A DNA stretch of 64,000 nt from Planctomycetota bacterium (GTDB taxonomy: Bacteria > Planctomycetota > UBA1135 > UBA2386), in NCBI GenBank assembly GCA_965228735.1, contig OZ245838.1, positions 2,400,001-2,464,000 on the forward strand, given 5' to 3'. Positions within the stretch are counted from its first letter, which is position 1. The number at the start of each line of letters is the position of its first letter. Below the pieces are notes generated by a model that searched no databases, was not told the DNA's origin, and worked only from the letters and a program-made list of their open reading frames with translations. Of this stretch, positions 38,220 to 47,211 are shown piece by piece. The position numbers and the translations under genes were made by a program.

Positions 38220-39758
38220 TCACGTGACTTCTCCTGTTGCGCTCGGGCCCGCGCTCGCCGCGACGCCGTCGCCGCCATCGCTGAGCATCGCCGCTTCGAG
38301 CAGCGCCTCCTGGGTCCAGTCCGTCGCGTTCCGGAACGCGCCGAGTCGGCCCTTCTGCATCACCGCGATCCGATCGCACAACCCGAGCAGCTCGGGCAGG
38401 TGCGAACTCACGACGAGGATCGCCGCACCATCGCGCGCGGCCTGATCGAGCAGGCCGTAGATCTCCTGCCGACTGCCGACGTCGATCCCGCGCGTCGGCT
38501 CGTCGAGCAGCAGCACGCGGCAACCGCTGTGCAGCAGCCGCCCGATCGCAACCTTCTGTTGGTTGCCACCGCTGAGCTCGCCGGCCGCCTGCTGCACCGA
38601 ATGGCACTTCAGGTTGACGCGCGCGCCGACCGCTTCCACCGCGCGACGCATCGCCGGCCGCTGCAGCATGCCGTTGCGACAGTGCGCGGCGAGCCGCGGC
38701 AGCGCGACGTTGGTGACGATCGGCAGGCTCGTCGCGAGCCCTTCCTGCTTGCGATCCTCGACGAGCAGGCCGACGCCGTGGCCCCACATCGCGGCCGGCG
38801 ATCCGACGAGCGGTTCGCCGGCGAGCTCCACCGCACCACCACGCCGATCGCGGGTGCCGAACACGGCCTCGAGCAGCTCCGTGCGGCCGGCACCCGCGAG
38901 CCCGGCGATGCCCGCGATCTCGCCGGCGCGCACCTCGAACGTCGCCGGCGCCGCCAGCGCATCGCTGTCGAGCTCGCGCACGGCGAGGACCGCGGCCCCG
39001 AACGTCACGCGCCGGTCGGGAAAGAGCTCGTCGAGCGGCCGCCCGGCCATGTGCTTCACGAGCAGACGGTCGTCCATCTCCCCGAGCACGCCGGTCGCGA
39101 CCTGGTTGCCGTCGCGCAGCACCGTGCAGCGATCGCAGACCGCGCGCACCTCGTCGAGCGCGTGGCTGATGTAGACGATGCCGAGCCCTTCGTCGCGCAG
39201 CTGCCGCACGACCGCGAACAGCCGTTCGACGTCGGCCGCGCCGAGCGAACTCGTCGGTTCGTCGAGCACGAGCAGCCGCGCGTCGGCGAGCACGGCCCGC
39301 GCGATCTCGACCATCTGACACGTGGCCGGCGACAGCTCGGCGACGCGCCGATCGGGCGCGAGGTCGCCGTGGCCGAGCCGCGCGAGCACGCGCTCGGCGT
39401 CCCTTCGCCTTGCCGCGCGATCCACGAACGGCCCGAGCGACCGCTCCCGCCCGAGCCAGAGGTTCTCCTCGACGGTCAGGTGCGGCAGCAGCGTGAGCTC
39501 CTGGAACACCATCGCGACGCCGCGCCCGAGCGCGTCGGCCGTCGAACTCGGCTCGTACGGGACCCCATCGAGCGTCATCGACCCGGCCTGCGGTCGCGTG
39601 GCACCCGCGAGCACCTGCATCAGCGAACTCTTCCCCGCGCCGTTCTCACCGAGGAGCGCGTGCACCTCGCCGGCCGCGACCTCGAGGTCGACACCGCCGA
39701 GCGCTTGGACCGGACCGTAGCGCAGCGCGATGTCGCGCATCTGGAGCAGGGCGGTCAC
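38220..39758 (-). CDS. Sugar ABC transporter ATP-binding protein (RbsA-like, two domains)
   Basis: GENGAGKS, LDEPT, ISH, LSGGNQQK, DEPTRGIDVG. Confidence 0.95.
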   Translation of the reverse strand: MTALLQMRDIALRYGPVQALGGVDLEVAAGEVHALLGENGAGKSSLMQVLAGATRPQAGSMTLDGVPYEPSSTADALGRGVAMVFQELTLLPHLTVEENLWLGRERSLGPFVDRAARRRDAERVLARLGHGDLAPDRRVAELSPATCQMVEIARAVLADARLLVLDEPTSSLGAADVERLFAVVRQLRDEGLGIVYISHALDEVRAVCDRCTVLRDGNQVATGVLGEMDDRLLVKHMAGRPLDELFPDRRVTFGAAVLAVRELDSDALAAPATFEVRAGEIAGIAGLAGAGRTELLEAVFGTRDRRGGAVELAGEPLVGSPAAMWGHGVGLLVEDRKQEGLATSLPIVTNVALPRLAAHCRNGMLQRPAMRRAVEAVGARVNLKCHSVQQAAGELSGGNQQKVAIGRLLHSGCRVLLLDEPTRGIDVGSRQEIYGLLDQAARDGAAILVVSSHLPELLGLCDRIAVMQKGRLGAFRNATDWTQEALLEAAMLSDGGDGVAASAGPSATGEVT

Positions 39759-39766
39759 GGCAGCGC

Positions 39767-40783
39767 TCAGCGCCCGAGGATCGACAGGTCCGGCTCGAGC
39801 AGCAACTTGATCTTCGGGTCGTTGCGGTTGTCGGGGGTCGCGATGACGAGCTCGGTGTTCTCGACCTTGGGCACGGTCGCGCCCTTGATGTGCGCGACGA
39901 TGAGCTCGACGCTCCGCCGCCCCATCCCGACCGGGTCCTGCAGCACGAGCGCGTGGATGTGACCCTTCTCGAGTCCGCTCAGCAGCTCGGGGTTGGCGTC
40001 GAAACCGACGAACTTGACCTTGCCCGCCTTGCCCGCCGCGCCGAGCGCCGCGAGGAAGCCGTGCACCGTCGACTCGTTGGGGCAGAACACGCCGTCGACG
40101 CCGGGGTGCGCGAGCAGCAGCGAGTCGGCGCGCGTGCGCGCGGCCTCGACGCTCGGCGCGTACTGGCTGCTGTCCTTCACCTGCACGTCCGGATAGTCCT
40201 CGGCGAGCGCCGCGAGGAAGCCCTCCTCACGCGCCATCGTGCTCGCCGAACCCTCGGTGAACCGCAGCATGATCACGTCGCCCTTGCCACCGAGCAGTTC
40301 GCCGAGCTTCCGGCCCGCGGCCTCACCGGCCGCACGGTTGTCGGTCGCGACGAACGACACGTGCGCGTCGCCGTCGAGCGCGCTGTCGAACACGACGGTC
40401 GGCACGCCGTTGCCCCTGGCCTGCTCGACGGGCGCGCGCAGCGAGTTGGCGTCGACCGGCGCGAGCGCGATGCCCTGCACGCCGGACATCGAGAACGTCT
40501 CGATGAGCTTGATCTGCTCGTTCCGGTCGCCTTCGGTCGACGGGCCGCGCCACTCGATGTCGACGTCGAGCGCCTCGGCCGCCTGCCTGGCGCCGGCGTG
40601 CACCGACTGCCAGAAGTCGTGCGCCGTGCCCTTCGGCACGACCGCGATGCGCAGCCGACCATCCGCCTCGCCCCCGCACCCAGCTGACAGAACGACGAGC
40701 AGGGCCAGCAGGAGCGCCGCCGCCCCTCGCCACATGCCAGTAAGGAAACTTCCTACCAGAAACGAGTTAAGAGCGCGGCGCAT
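39767..40783 (-). CDS. Sugar ABC transporter substrate-binding lipoprotein (RbsB-like)
   Basis: Lipobox SAGC; IAVVPKGTAHDFWQSV, FVATDN, VGFD, LQDPVGMG. Start at 40783 or 40735. Confidence 0.92.
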   Translation of the reverse strand: MRRALNSFLVGSFLTGMWRGAAALLLALLVVLSAGCGGEADGRLRIAVVPKGTAHDFWQSVHAGARQAAEALDVDIEWRGPSTEGDRNEQIKLIETFSMSGVQGIALAPVDANSLRAPVEQARGNGVPTVVFDSALDGDAHVSFVATDNRAAGEAAGRKLGELLGGKGDVIMLRFTEGSASTMAREEGFLAALAEDYPDVQVKDSSQYAPSVEAARTRADSLLLAHPGVDGVFCPNESTVHGFLAALGAAGKAGKVKFVGFDANPELLSGLEKGHIHALVLQDPVGMGRRSVELIVAHIKGATVPKVENTELVIATPDNRNDPKIKLLLEPDLSILGR

Positions 40784-40908
40784 GCCGAAGAGTCTGCCAC
40801 CGCACGATTTCTCGTCAACTATGCTCAAGTCCCGATAGGGATTGTCCGATGTCGGGACTGTGCCCGCCCAGGTAACCCCCCCCCCAGGGCACAGGAGAAC
40901 GACAACCC

Positions 40909-41571
40909 ATGTTGGTCCAGAACCCGCCAACGGGCCCCGCGAGTGCGAGTCGCGTGGACGCCCCGGCCGTCCCCCTCATCAACGTCGTCGAAGACGAGGC
41001 CGCCATCCAGGCGCTGTTCCGTAACATCGGCCGGATAGCCGGTTACGACGTCGCGACCTACAGCACGGTGGCCGAGTTCCAGAACTCGTTCGACAGCTCC
41101 CGCCTCGGCTGCATCGTCCTCGACCTCAACCTGCCGGACGGCTCGGGCATCGAGATCCTCGAGGGCCTGGCCGAGCAAGGCAACGACATGCCGGTCGTCT
41201 TCATGAGCGGCATCGCGCGGGTCTCCGAGGCCATCGCCGCGTTCCGCCTCGGCACGCTCGACTTCGTCGAGAAGCCGTTCGACCTCGACACCATGCTCGC
41301 CGCGCTGCAGCGCGCGATCGACACCGACAAGAAGCGCCGCGAGTCGGACGCGAGCCTCGAGACGGTCCGCACCCGCTTCGACCGCCTCAGCCCACGCGAA
41401 TGCCAGGTCATGGAGTTCGTCGTGCAGGGCTCGGCCAACAAGGAGATCGCAGCGCGGCTCGGACTCAGCCCGAAGACCATCGAGGTCCACCGCGCGAACG
41501 TGATGCGCAAGTCGGAGGCCAACTCGGTCGCCGAGCTCGTGCGCATGCACGTGCAGCTGACCAACAGCTGA
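40909..41571 (+). CDS. FixJ/LuxR-family response regulator
   Basis: AGGAG RBS; VVEDE, LDLNLPD, EKPF receiver domain; LSPRE..NKEIAARLGLSPKTIEVHRANVMRK HTH. Confidence 0.95.
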   Translation: MLVQNPPTGPASASRVDAPAVPLINVVEDEAAIQALFRNIGRIAGYDVATYSTVAEFQNSFDSSRLGCIVLDLNLPDGSGIEILEGLAEQGNDMPVVFMSGIARVSEAIAAFRLGTLDFVEKPFDLDTMLAALQRAIDTDKKRRESDASLETVRTRFDRLSPRECQVMEFVVQGSANKEIAARLGLSPKTIEVHRANVMRKSEANSVAELVRMHVQLTNS

Positions 41572-41673
41572 CCACTGTGCGCGCTCCACGGCGCCGCGTC
41601 GAGCGGTCGCGGCGCCGTGGACCGCGCTCGGCTTCCCCCGGTCGGTAGAGCAGCCGGCCAGTAAAGCAGCCGG

Positions 41674-42441
41674 TCAGTAGAGCAGCGTCGCGAGCCGACG
41701 ACGGTACGCGTCCAGCCGTTCGTCCTCTTCCCCGACGGCCGCGAAGCACAGCAGCATCGCCTTGCGCGCGAGGCCATCGCGGAACGTCTTGTCCGCGGTG
41801 ACCGACGCGAGGATGCGCTCCATCGCCGGCTCGTAGTCGCGCACGAGGTAGTGCTCGCGCGCCGCCGCGAGCGCGGCTTCCGCCTCGTCGCCGCTGTCGG
41901 ACAGCGTCGCCTCGAGCCATTCGACGCCGCTGACCAGACGCTGGGCCTGATCGAACTCGAGTTCTTCCTCCTCCGGGAAGCCGTCGATGCCCTCGCGAAC
42001 GGCCGCGGCCTGCCCCTCGCGCGCGGCCGCCAGCATGCGGGCCAGCCGCGCCTTGGCGCTGTCCGGATCGACCTCTTCTTCCTCAGGCTCGGCGGCACCC
42101 GCGGACGCGATGCCGTGCTTGGTCAGAAACTGCCGCACCTCGGCCTCGGGCAAGGCCCCCTGGAAGCCGTCGGCCGGTCGCCCGTCCTTGACGAGCACGC
42201 AGAACGGAATGCCCTGCACCCCGAACGCGTAGGCCAGGTCCTGCTCCGTGTCGGAGTTGACCTTCCCGAGCGTGAACGCGCCGCCGTACTCGGCCGCGAG
42301 CTTCTCGAGCACCGGGCCGAGCGTCTTGCACGGGCCGCACCACTCCGCCCAGAAGTCGAGGAGAACGGGCGTCGTCGTCGTGCCCTCCACCACTTGCTGG
42401 AAGTTGGCGGCGGTGACATCGATCACGTGGGGACCTGCCAT
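41674..42441 (-). CDS. Thioredoxin-TPR chaperedoxin (CnoX/YbbN-like)
   Basis: DFWAEWCGPCK, FGVQGIP; C-terminal YRRRLATLLY. Confidence 0.88.
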   Translation of the reverse strand: MAGPHVIDVTAANFQQVVEGTTTTPVLLDFWAEWCGPCKTLGPVLEKLAAEYGGAFTLGKVNSDTEQDLAYAFGVQGIPFCVLVKDGRPADGFQGALPEAEVRQFLTKHGIASAGAAEPEEEEVDPDSAKARLARMLAAAREGQAAAVREGIDGFPEEEELEFDQAQRLVSGVEWLEATLSDSGDEAEAALAAAREHYLVRDYEPAMERILASVTADKTFRDGLARKAMLLCFAAVGEEDERLDAYRRRLATLLY

Positions 42442-42538
42442 GACGCCGTTCGTAGGTCGCGGAGCCGGGCCGGTCAACGGCGATGTCGCGGCGGCGCGGT
42501 CGGAACCCGGCGCGGCCGCCGATCAGAACGCCCGACGG

Positions 42539-44038
42539 TCAGAACGAACCGACCGTGATGGCGAGCGCGTTGGACCCGCTCAGCGACGATAGCCCGCCGA
42601 GCGGACCGAGGTCGAGCTGCAAGAACTGGTGCACGAGCTGCTGCCCGGCGAGCGCGGGGTCGCGCGGGATCGCGAACCCGTGCCCGGCCGAGCCGTTGAC
42701 CGGCGCGACGAGCGCAACGGCGTCGGTGGTGGCCAGCAGATCACAGCCCGCGATCCCGCTCGGGTGCAGGGCCGACAACGGCGTCGCCTGCTGACCGAAC
42801 CCGACGACGAGCACTGCGAGCGCCGAGCCGGCGAATCCGCTCGCCTGCGAACGAAACTCCCCGCCGGCCCACGCCTGCCGCGTCACTGCCAGCGTGACCG
42901 GCCCGGCCGGCCCGACGCAACCGGTCGGGATCGTCGTCGCCGACGCCGGGCAGTTGGTCGTGATCAGCGCGACGCCGCGCGACGGCTGGCCGCCGACGAA
43001 GCTGAACTCGCCGGCCAGCGCGACCTCACCGTTCTCCGTCACCGTCGCCTCCCAGACCCGCGCGTTGACGCCCGTGCCGATCGCCCCCCACGCCGCGCCG
43101 TCGAAGCGCGCCACGCCGACGATCGAGACGCCACTGATCGAACTGAAGCTGCCGGCCGCGATGAGGTCACCGTTCGGCAGTTCGTCGAGCGAGCGGACGT
43201 CGGCGTTGAACGAACCCGGGTAGCCCGACCAGCTGCTGCCGTCCCAGCGCGCCACACCGCTCACCGCGACACCCCCGGCCGAGGAGAAGACCCCGCAAGC
43301 CACGATGTCGCCGGCCGCGGTCTCGATCACGTCGTAGCCCGTGCCGTTGAACCCGCCGCCGACGCCGCTCCACGCCGCGCCGTCCCAGCGCGCGATGTGC
43401 GCAGCGGGCACGCCGCCGACGTTCTGGAACTCGCCGACCGCATAGATGTCGCCGTTCTGCGCGGTCCGCATCGCGGTCACCCAGTCGTCGAACATGCCGC
43501 CGAGCTGATTCCAGGCAGTGCCGTCCCAGTGCATCACCGTGCACGTGCGAACGCCGCCCCCGCTCACGTTGCCGTCGACGACGAGGTCACCGTTCGGCAG
43601 CGTCGCCATCGCGCTGAAGTTGGGCATGTGACCAGGAACGGGCTCGGCCCCCGAACCGATCGGCGACCAGGACGTACCGTCCCAACGTGCGAAGTGGGTC
43701 GCGGTCGCGCCGCCCGCCGTCGTGAACAAGCCACCCGCCATGACGTCGCCGCCCGGCATGAGCAGCAGCGTGCCGACCGTGTTGTTCATGCCCGACCCGA
43801 GCGCGTTCCAGGAGCTGCCGTCCCACCGCGCGATGTAGCTGGCCGGCACGCCACCGGCGGCCGTGAACGCGCCACCGACGACGTGATCGCCGCCTGGCAG
43901 CGCGAGCGCGGAATAGCCGCGCATGCCGAAGAACAGCCCCCCGCCGGTCAGCCCGCCGAGCCCCTGGGTCGTGGTGGTGCATTGCGCACTGACGTGGGCG
44001 GCGAGGAGAACGAACGAAACGGCAGCGGTGCGAAGCAT
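42539..44038 (-). CDS. Secreted repeat (probable beta-propeller) protein with conserved C-terminal domain
   Basis: Signal peptide ending SAQC; about six repeats of LPxGDxxxGGxF..ARWDGxxWxxxG. Confidence 0.85.
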   Translation of the reverse strand: MLRTAAVSFVLLAAHVSAQCTTTTQGLGGLTGGGLFFGMRGYSALALPGGDHVVGGAFTAAGGVPASYIARWDGSSWNALGSGMNNTVGTLLLMPGGDVMAGGLFTTAGGATATHFARWDGTSWSPIGSGAEPVPGHMPNFSAMATLPNGDLVVDGNVSGGGVRTCTVMHWDGTAWNQLGGMFDDWVTAMRTAQNGDIYAVGEFQNVGGVPAAHIARWDGAAWSGVGGGFNGTGYDVIETAAGDIVACGVFSSAGGVAVSGVARWDGSSWSGYPGSFNADVRSLDELPNGDLIAAGSFSSISGVSIVGVARFDGAAWGAIGTGVNARVWEATVTENGEVALAGEFSFVGGQPSRGVALITTNCPASATTIPTGCVGPAGPVTLAVTRQAWAGGEFRSQASGFAGSALAVLVVGFGQQATPLSALHPSGIAGCDLLATTDAVALVAPVNGSAGHGFAIPRDPALAGQQLVHQFLQLDLGPLGGLSSLSGSNALAITVGSF

Positions 44039-44236
44039 TGATCGGCCTTGGGTCGTCGGGTCACGGACCAAAGGGCGGGTGCAAGCACCCGCTGGCGATC
44101 ACACGGTTTGTTCGGTTTCCGGCCGAGAACCGCCCGTTGTTGTTACGCCACCCACACGATCGGCCGAGATCGGAACGACTCTCCCCCCCTTTCAGGCCCC
44201 GAATCCCGGTTGGCACGGGAGTTGTTCTGTGTGGGT

Positions 44237-44318
44237 TGCCGGTCCGAGACCACCAAGTATTCCCAGGGATGGAATGCGTGAGAGAGGCGACCAAAGGTCT
44301 CGGGCCGGCACGTTTTTT
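44237..44318 (+). ncRNA. Candidate structured small RNA
   Basis: 15-bp end-to-end stem TGCCGGTCCGAGACC/GGTCTCGGGCCGGCA followed by CGTTTTTT on the strand opposite both neighbouring genes; sigma54-like TGGCAC-N5-TTGT at 44211-44225. Confidence 0.45.
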
Positions 44319-44462
44319 CGGCGCGTGCCGGTGCTCTCCACCGAGCCCGCCATCAGCGCCGTGCGACCCCGACTGCCGACTGTCAGGCGGGGACTGTCGC
44401 CCGAAGCAGAGGTGGCTCCGTTCTGCCGAACCATGGTGGGTCCGATCAGGTGCCCGCGAACA

Positions 44463-44939
44463 TCATTCTTCCCCGCAGGAACTGGGAGATGACGCAGCAC
44501 CGCCAGTTGCGAGCGCGCGGCGCTTGCGCGTCGTGTACCAGACCGCGCCGACCGCGGCGAACGCCGAGAGCAGCGGAATCGCGAGGATGCCGAGTTCCTC
44601 GTAGCGAAACGGTGCGGGCAGCGCACCCGCACTCACGACCAAGAACGCAAGCCAGGTTGTCCGGTCGCGGGCACGCCCTCGCAGAAACGGTGCGACAGCG
44701 ATCAGCAGTAGCGCTGCGTGGAAGATCACGAACCCAGGTGGACTCTTGTCCCACGCGTACTGAAGCGACCATTCGAACCGAAACGCCCAGACCAGAAACA
44801 CGTGCGGCACGATCAAGAGTACGGTGAGCACCCCGAGTACGGGCCAGCGACGCCCGGCGATGCGCAGAGCGGTGTCCTTTGCGAGGACGATGTAGCCAGC
44901 GATCGCAAGGCCGAACGTGATTGCGTTGTGGTCGAGCAC
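44463..44939 (-). CDS. Hypothetical membrane protein
   Basis: 158 aa, about five hydrophobic segments; GTG start. Confidence 0.65.
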   Translation of the reverse strand: MLDHNAITFGLAIAGYIVLAKDTALRIAGRRWPVLGVLTVLLIVPHVFLVWAFRFEWSLQYAWDKSPPGFVIFHAALLLIAVAPFLRGRARDRTTWLAFLVVSAGALPAPFRYEELGILAIPLLSAFAAVGAVWYTTRKRRALATGGAASSPSSCGEE

Positions 44940-45028
44940 GTGTCTTCAAGAGAGCCGTCGAAGGGTGCCAGGTCTGCACGGCATGACCGCAGCCACGCGG
45001 CCCCGAAACGACGGGTCGAAACGCGCAC

Positions 45029-45253
45029 TCAAGCGCGCCGTTGGTAGTCGGTGCAGTTTCTGATGTGGACCTCGTTCTTGAACGTCTCCGTCGATCCCCA
45101 CACGCAGAGGGAGCCGTCCGAGAAGAGCTTCTTGCAGTGATTGCACGTCGCGCACCGGGTGTCGGAACCGTCAGCGCTCGTCGTGCACCGGAACAGCAAC
45201 CAGAGCACGAGTCCTACCAGCGCCAGGCCAGCGATCTGCAGCAGGATGACCAT
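45029..45253 (-). CDS. Small membrane-anchored Cys-rich protein
   Basis: N-terminal TM helix followed by CATCNHC..C..HIRNC. Confidence 0.7.
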   Translation of the reverse strand: MVILLQIAGLALVGLVLWLLFRCTTSADGSDTRCATCNHCKKLFSDGSLCVWGSTETFKNEVHIRNCTDYQRRA

Positions 45254-45303
45254 GTGGCCCCCATCGTAACAGAGCACTGCTGGCAGTCGGGCGATCGGCC
45301 GTC

Positions 45304-46887
45304 CTACCTATCGCGTACGCGACCGTAGCTCGCCGGCGCGCCCGCGGCCGGCGTCGAGGCCTCGATGAACTCCCGGATGTGCTGATTCGACGTCGCGAGG
45401 TCCTCGGCGCGCAGATACATCATGTGGCCGCTCTCGTAGCCCTCGAAGCGCATCCTGTCCTTCAGCCGGCCGCTGCGATCCAGGTTCCAGAGCACGTACT
45501 TGCCGGTGAAGTAGTCGGTCGCACCGTCGTAGTAGCCCGACTGCACCATGACGTGCAGGTACGGGTTCTGGGCCATCGCGCGCCGCAGCTCCTCGGCGAC
45601 GTCGTGCTCGTTGCGGCCCTCCCACGGATGGACCGGGCCGAACAGGTAGTATTGGAGATCGGTGTCGAACCCGAGCTCCTCGCGCAGGTAGTGATTGATC
45701 GCCGGTGCGAACGCGTGGTTCCAGGAGGTGAGCTCCGCCGGGTAGTCGTAGCGCTCGCCGGCGTCCTTGTGATCCCGACCAAGGTAACGCGAGTCGAGCC
45801 GCCCGATGGTGAAGCCCTCGTCGCGCAGCAGCTCTTTCCAGAACGCAGACGCGGGCACCGCCAGGTTGTGGTCGTGCACGAAGTCGACGGCGAGTCCGGA
45901 GTACCGCGCGACCTTGCGGGCGATCTCGTCGCGCGTCGCGGCGTCCAGGAAGCCCCCCTTGGAGATCGCCGGCAGGTATTCGTCCAGCGTGAAGGCTTCG
46001 GCCGCAGCGAGCAGCTCGGCGAGCTCCAGACTCTGGAGATCGGCGGCCAGCTGGCCGTGGTAGTGCGCGGCCGCGGCGTAGTAGGGCAGCTTGAGCACCG
46101 GCGAGCGCGGTGCCGGGCCCTCGGCGACCATGCCGAGACCGGTCGGCGACACCAGGATCACCCCGTTCAGATACATCCAGTGCCGGTCCTGGAGCCGGGC
46201 GGCCAGACCCGAGACCCGGGTCGTGCCGTAGCTCTCGCCGATCAGATACTTGGGCGAGCGCCACCGACCCCGGCGCGAGATGAAGACATCGATCCAAGCG
46301 GCGAGATAGGTGATGTCGGCCTCGACGCCGAAGAAGGTCTTGCGGTCGACCTCGTCGTCGAGCACGCGCGAGAACCCGGTGTTCGCCGGGTTGACGTAGA
46401 CGATGTCCGCGACGTCGAGGATCGAGTGCGGGTTGTCACGCACGCCATACGGCTGCACCGGGTATCCCTCGTCGTCGATCACCAGCTGTTTGGGACTCGT
46501 GTATCCGAGGTGCATCCAGAGCGAACCCGAGCCCGGGCCGCCGTTGAACGACACGAAGATCGGTCGGCGCGTGTCGTCCTTGACGTCGGTGCGCTCGTAG
46601 TAGGTGTAGTGCAGCGCGGCGACCGTCTTGCCATCGTCGCCGTAGACCGGCTGGGCGCCGGTGGTCACCCGGTAGGGCACCCGCTGGCCGCGGATCGTGA
46701 CCTCGGCAGTCTTGCTGAGCTCGAAGTCGGCTTCGAGCTTGCGCGCGGGCAGGTCGGACGGCTTCGAGCCCGACTTCACCTCGCCCATGCTCGGTTCTTG
46801 CGCCACGCCGGGCGTCGGCGCGGCGAGTCCCAAGGTCGCCCAGAGGGTCGTGACGATCAGAGGGGATCGGTAGGGAAACTCGGCCAT
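45304..46887 (-). CDS. S10 family serine carboxypeptidase
   Basis: FNGGPGSGS, GESYG, GYYD, YESGHMMY; AGGAG RBS. Confidence 0.93.
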   Translation of the reverse strand: MAEFPYRSPLIVTTLWATLGLAAPTPGVAQEPSMGEVKSGSKPSDLPARKLEADFELSKTAEVTIRGQRVPYRVTTGAQPVYGDDGKTVAALHYTYYERTDVKDDTRRPIFVSFNGGPGSGSLWMHLGYTSPKQLVIDDEGYPVQPYGVRDNPHSILDVADIVYVNPANTGFSRVLDDEVDRKTFFGVEADITYLAAWIDVFISRRGRWRSPKYLIGESYGTTRVSGLAARLQDRHWMYLNGVILVSPTGLGMVAEGPAPRSPVLKLPYYAAAAHYHGQLAADLQSLELAELLAAAEAFTLDEYLPAISKGGFLDAATRDEIARKVARYSGLAVDFVHDHNLAVPASAFWKELLRDEGFTIGRLDSRYLGRDHKDAGERYDYPAELTSWNHAFAPAINHYLREELGFDTDLQYYLFGPVHPWEGRNEHDVAEELRRAMAQNPYLHVMVQSGYYDGATDYFTGKYVLWNLDRSGRLKDRMRFEGYESGHMMYLRAEDLATSNQHIREFIEASTPAAGAPASYGRVRDR

Positions 46888-47211
46888 GGCATGGACTCCT
46901 GCAGGTGGTCGACGACGCGGCGTGCGTCGCGGCGCCCGCAGAGGCTAGCAAACGAATGCGCCACCGGCGCCGTCTACTCCTCCAGCCTCTGTCGCAACAC
47001 GAGCACATCTTCATTCCCCCTGCCGTGCGCGAACTCTGCGCCGATTCGTCGCGTCGTTCTGATCAAGCCCCCACCACCCAAGAGGAACCTGCGGCGGCGG
47101 AACCACAACGGCTCGACGCTTCGGCGACTGCATGCCTCGATCGGTACGCTCAGCATGCAACTCACGCGATAGCTCGGACGGGCGCGAGCGCGGGCCCGGT
47201 TCCGTGATTCG

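Noticed and set aside
44237..44318. Y RNA (5' GCCGGUCCGA resembles the Ro-binding stem)
   Set aside because: The stem is fully paired, without the bulged C, and there is no Ro60/Rsr gene in the window.
46974..47165. 63-aa ORF or GNAT gene remnant in the gdh-peptidase gap
   Set aside because: Only the last ~20 residues look vaguely protein-like; no RBS or motif support.
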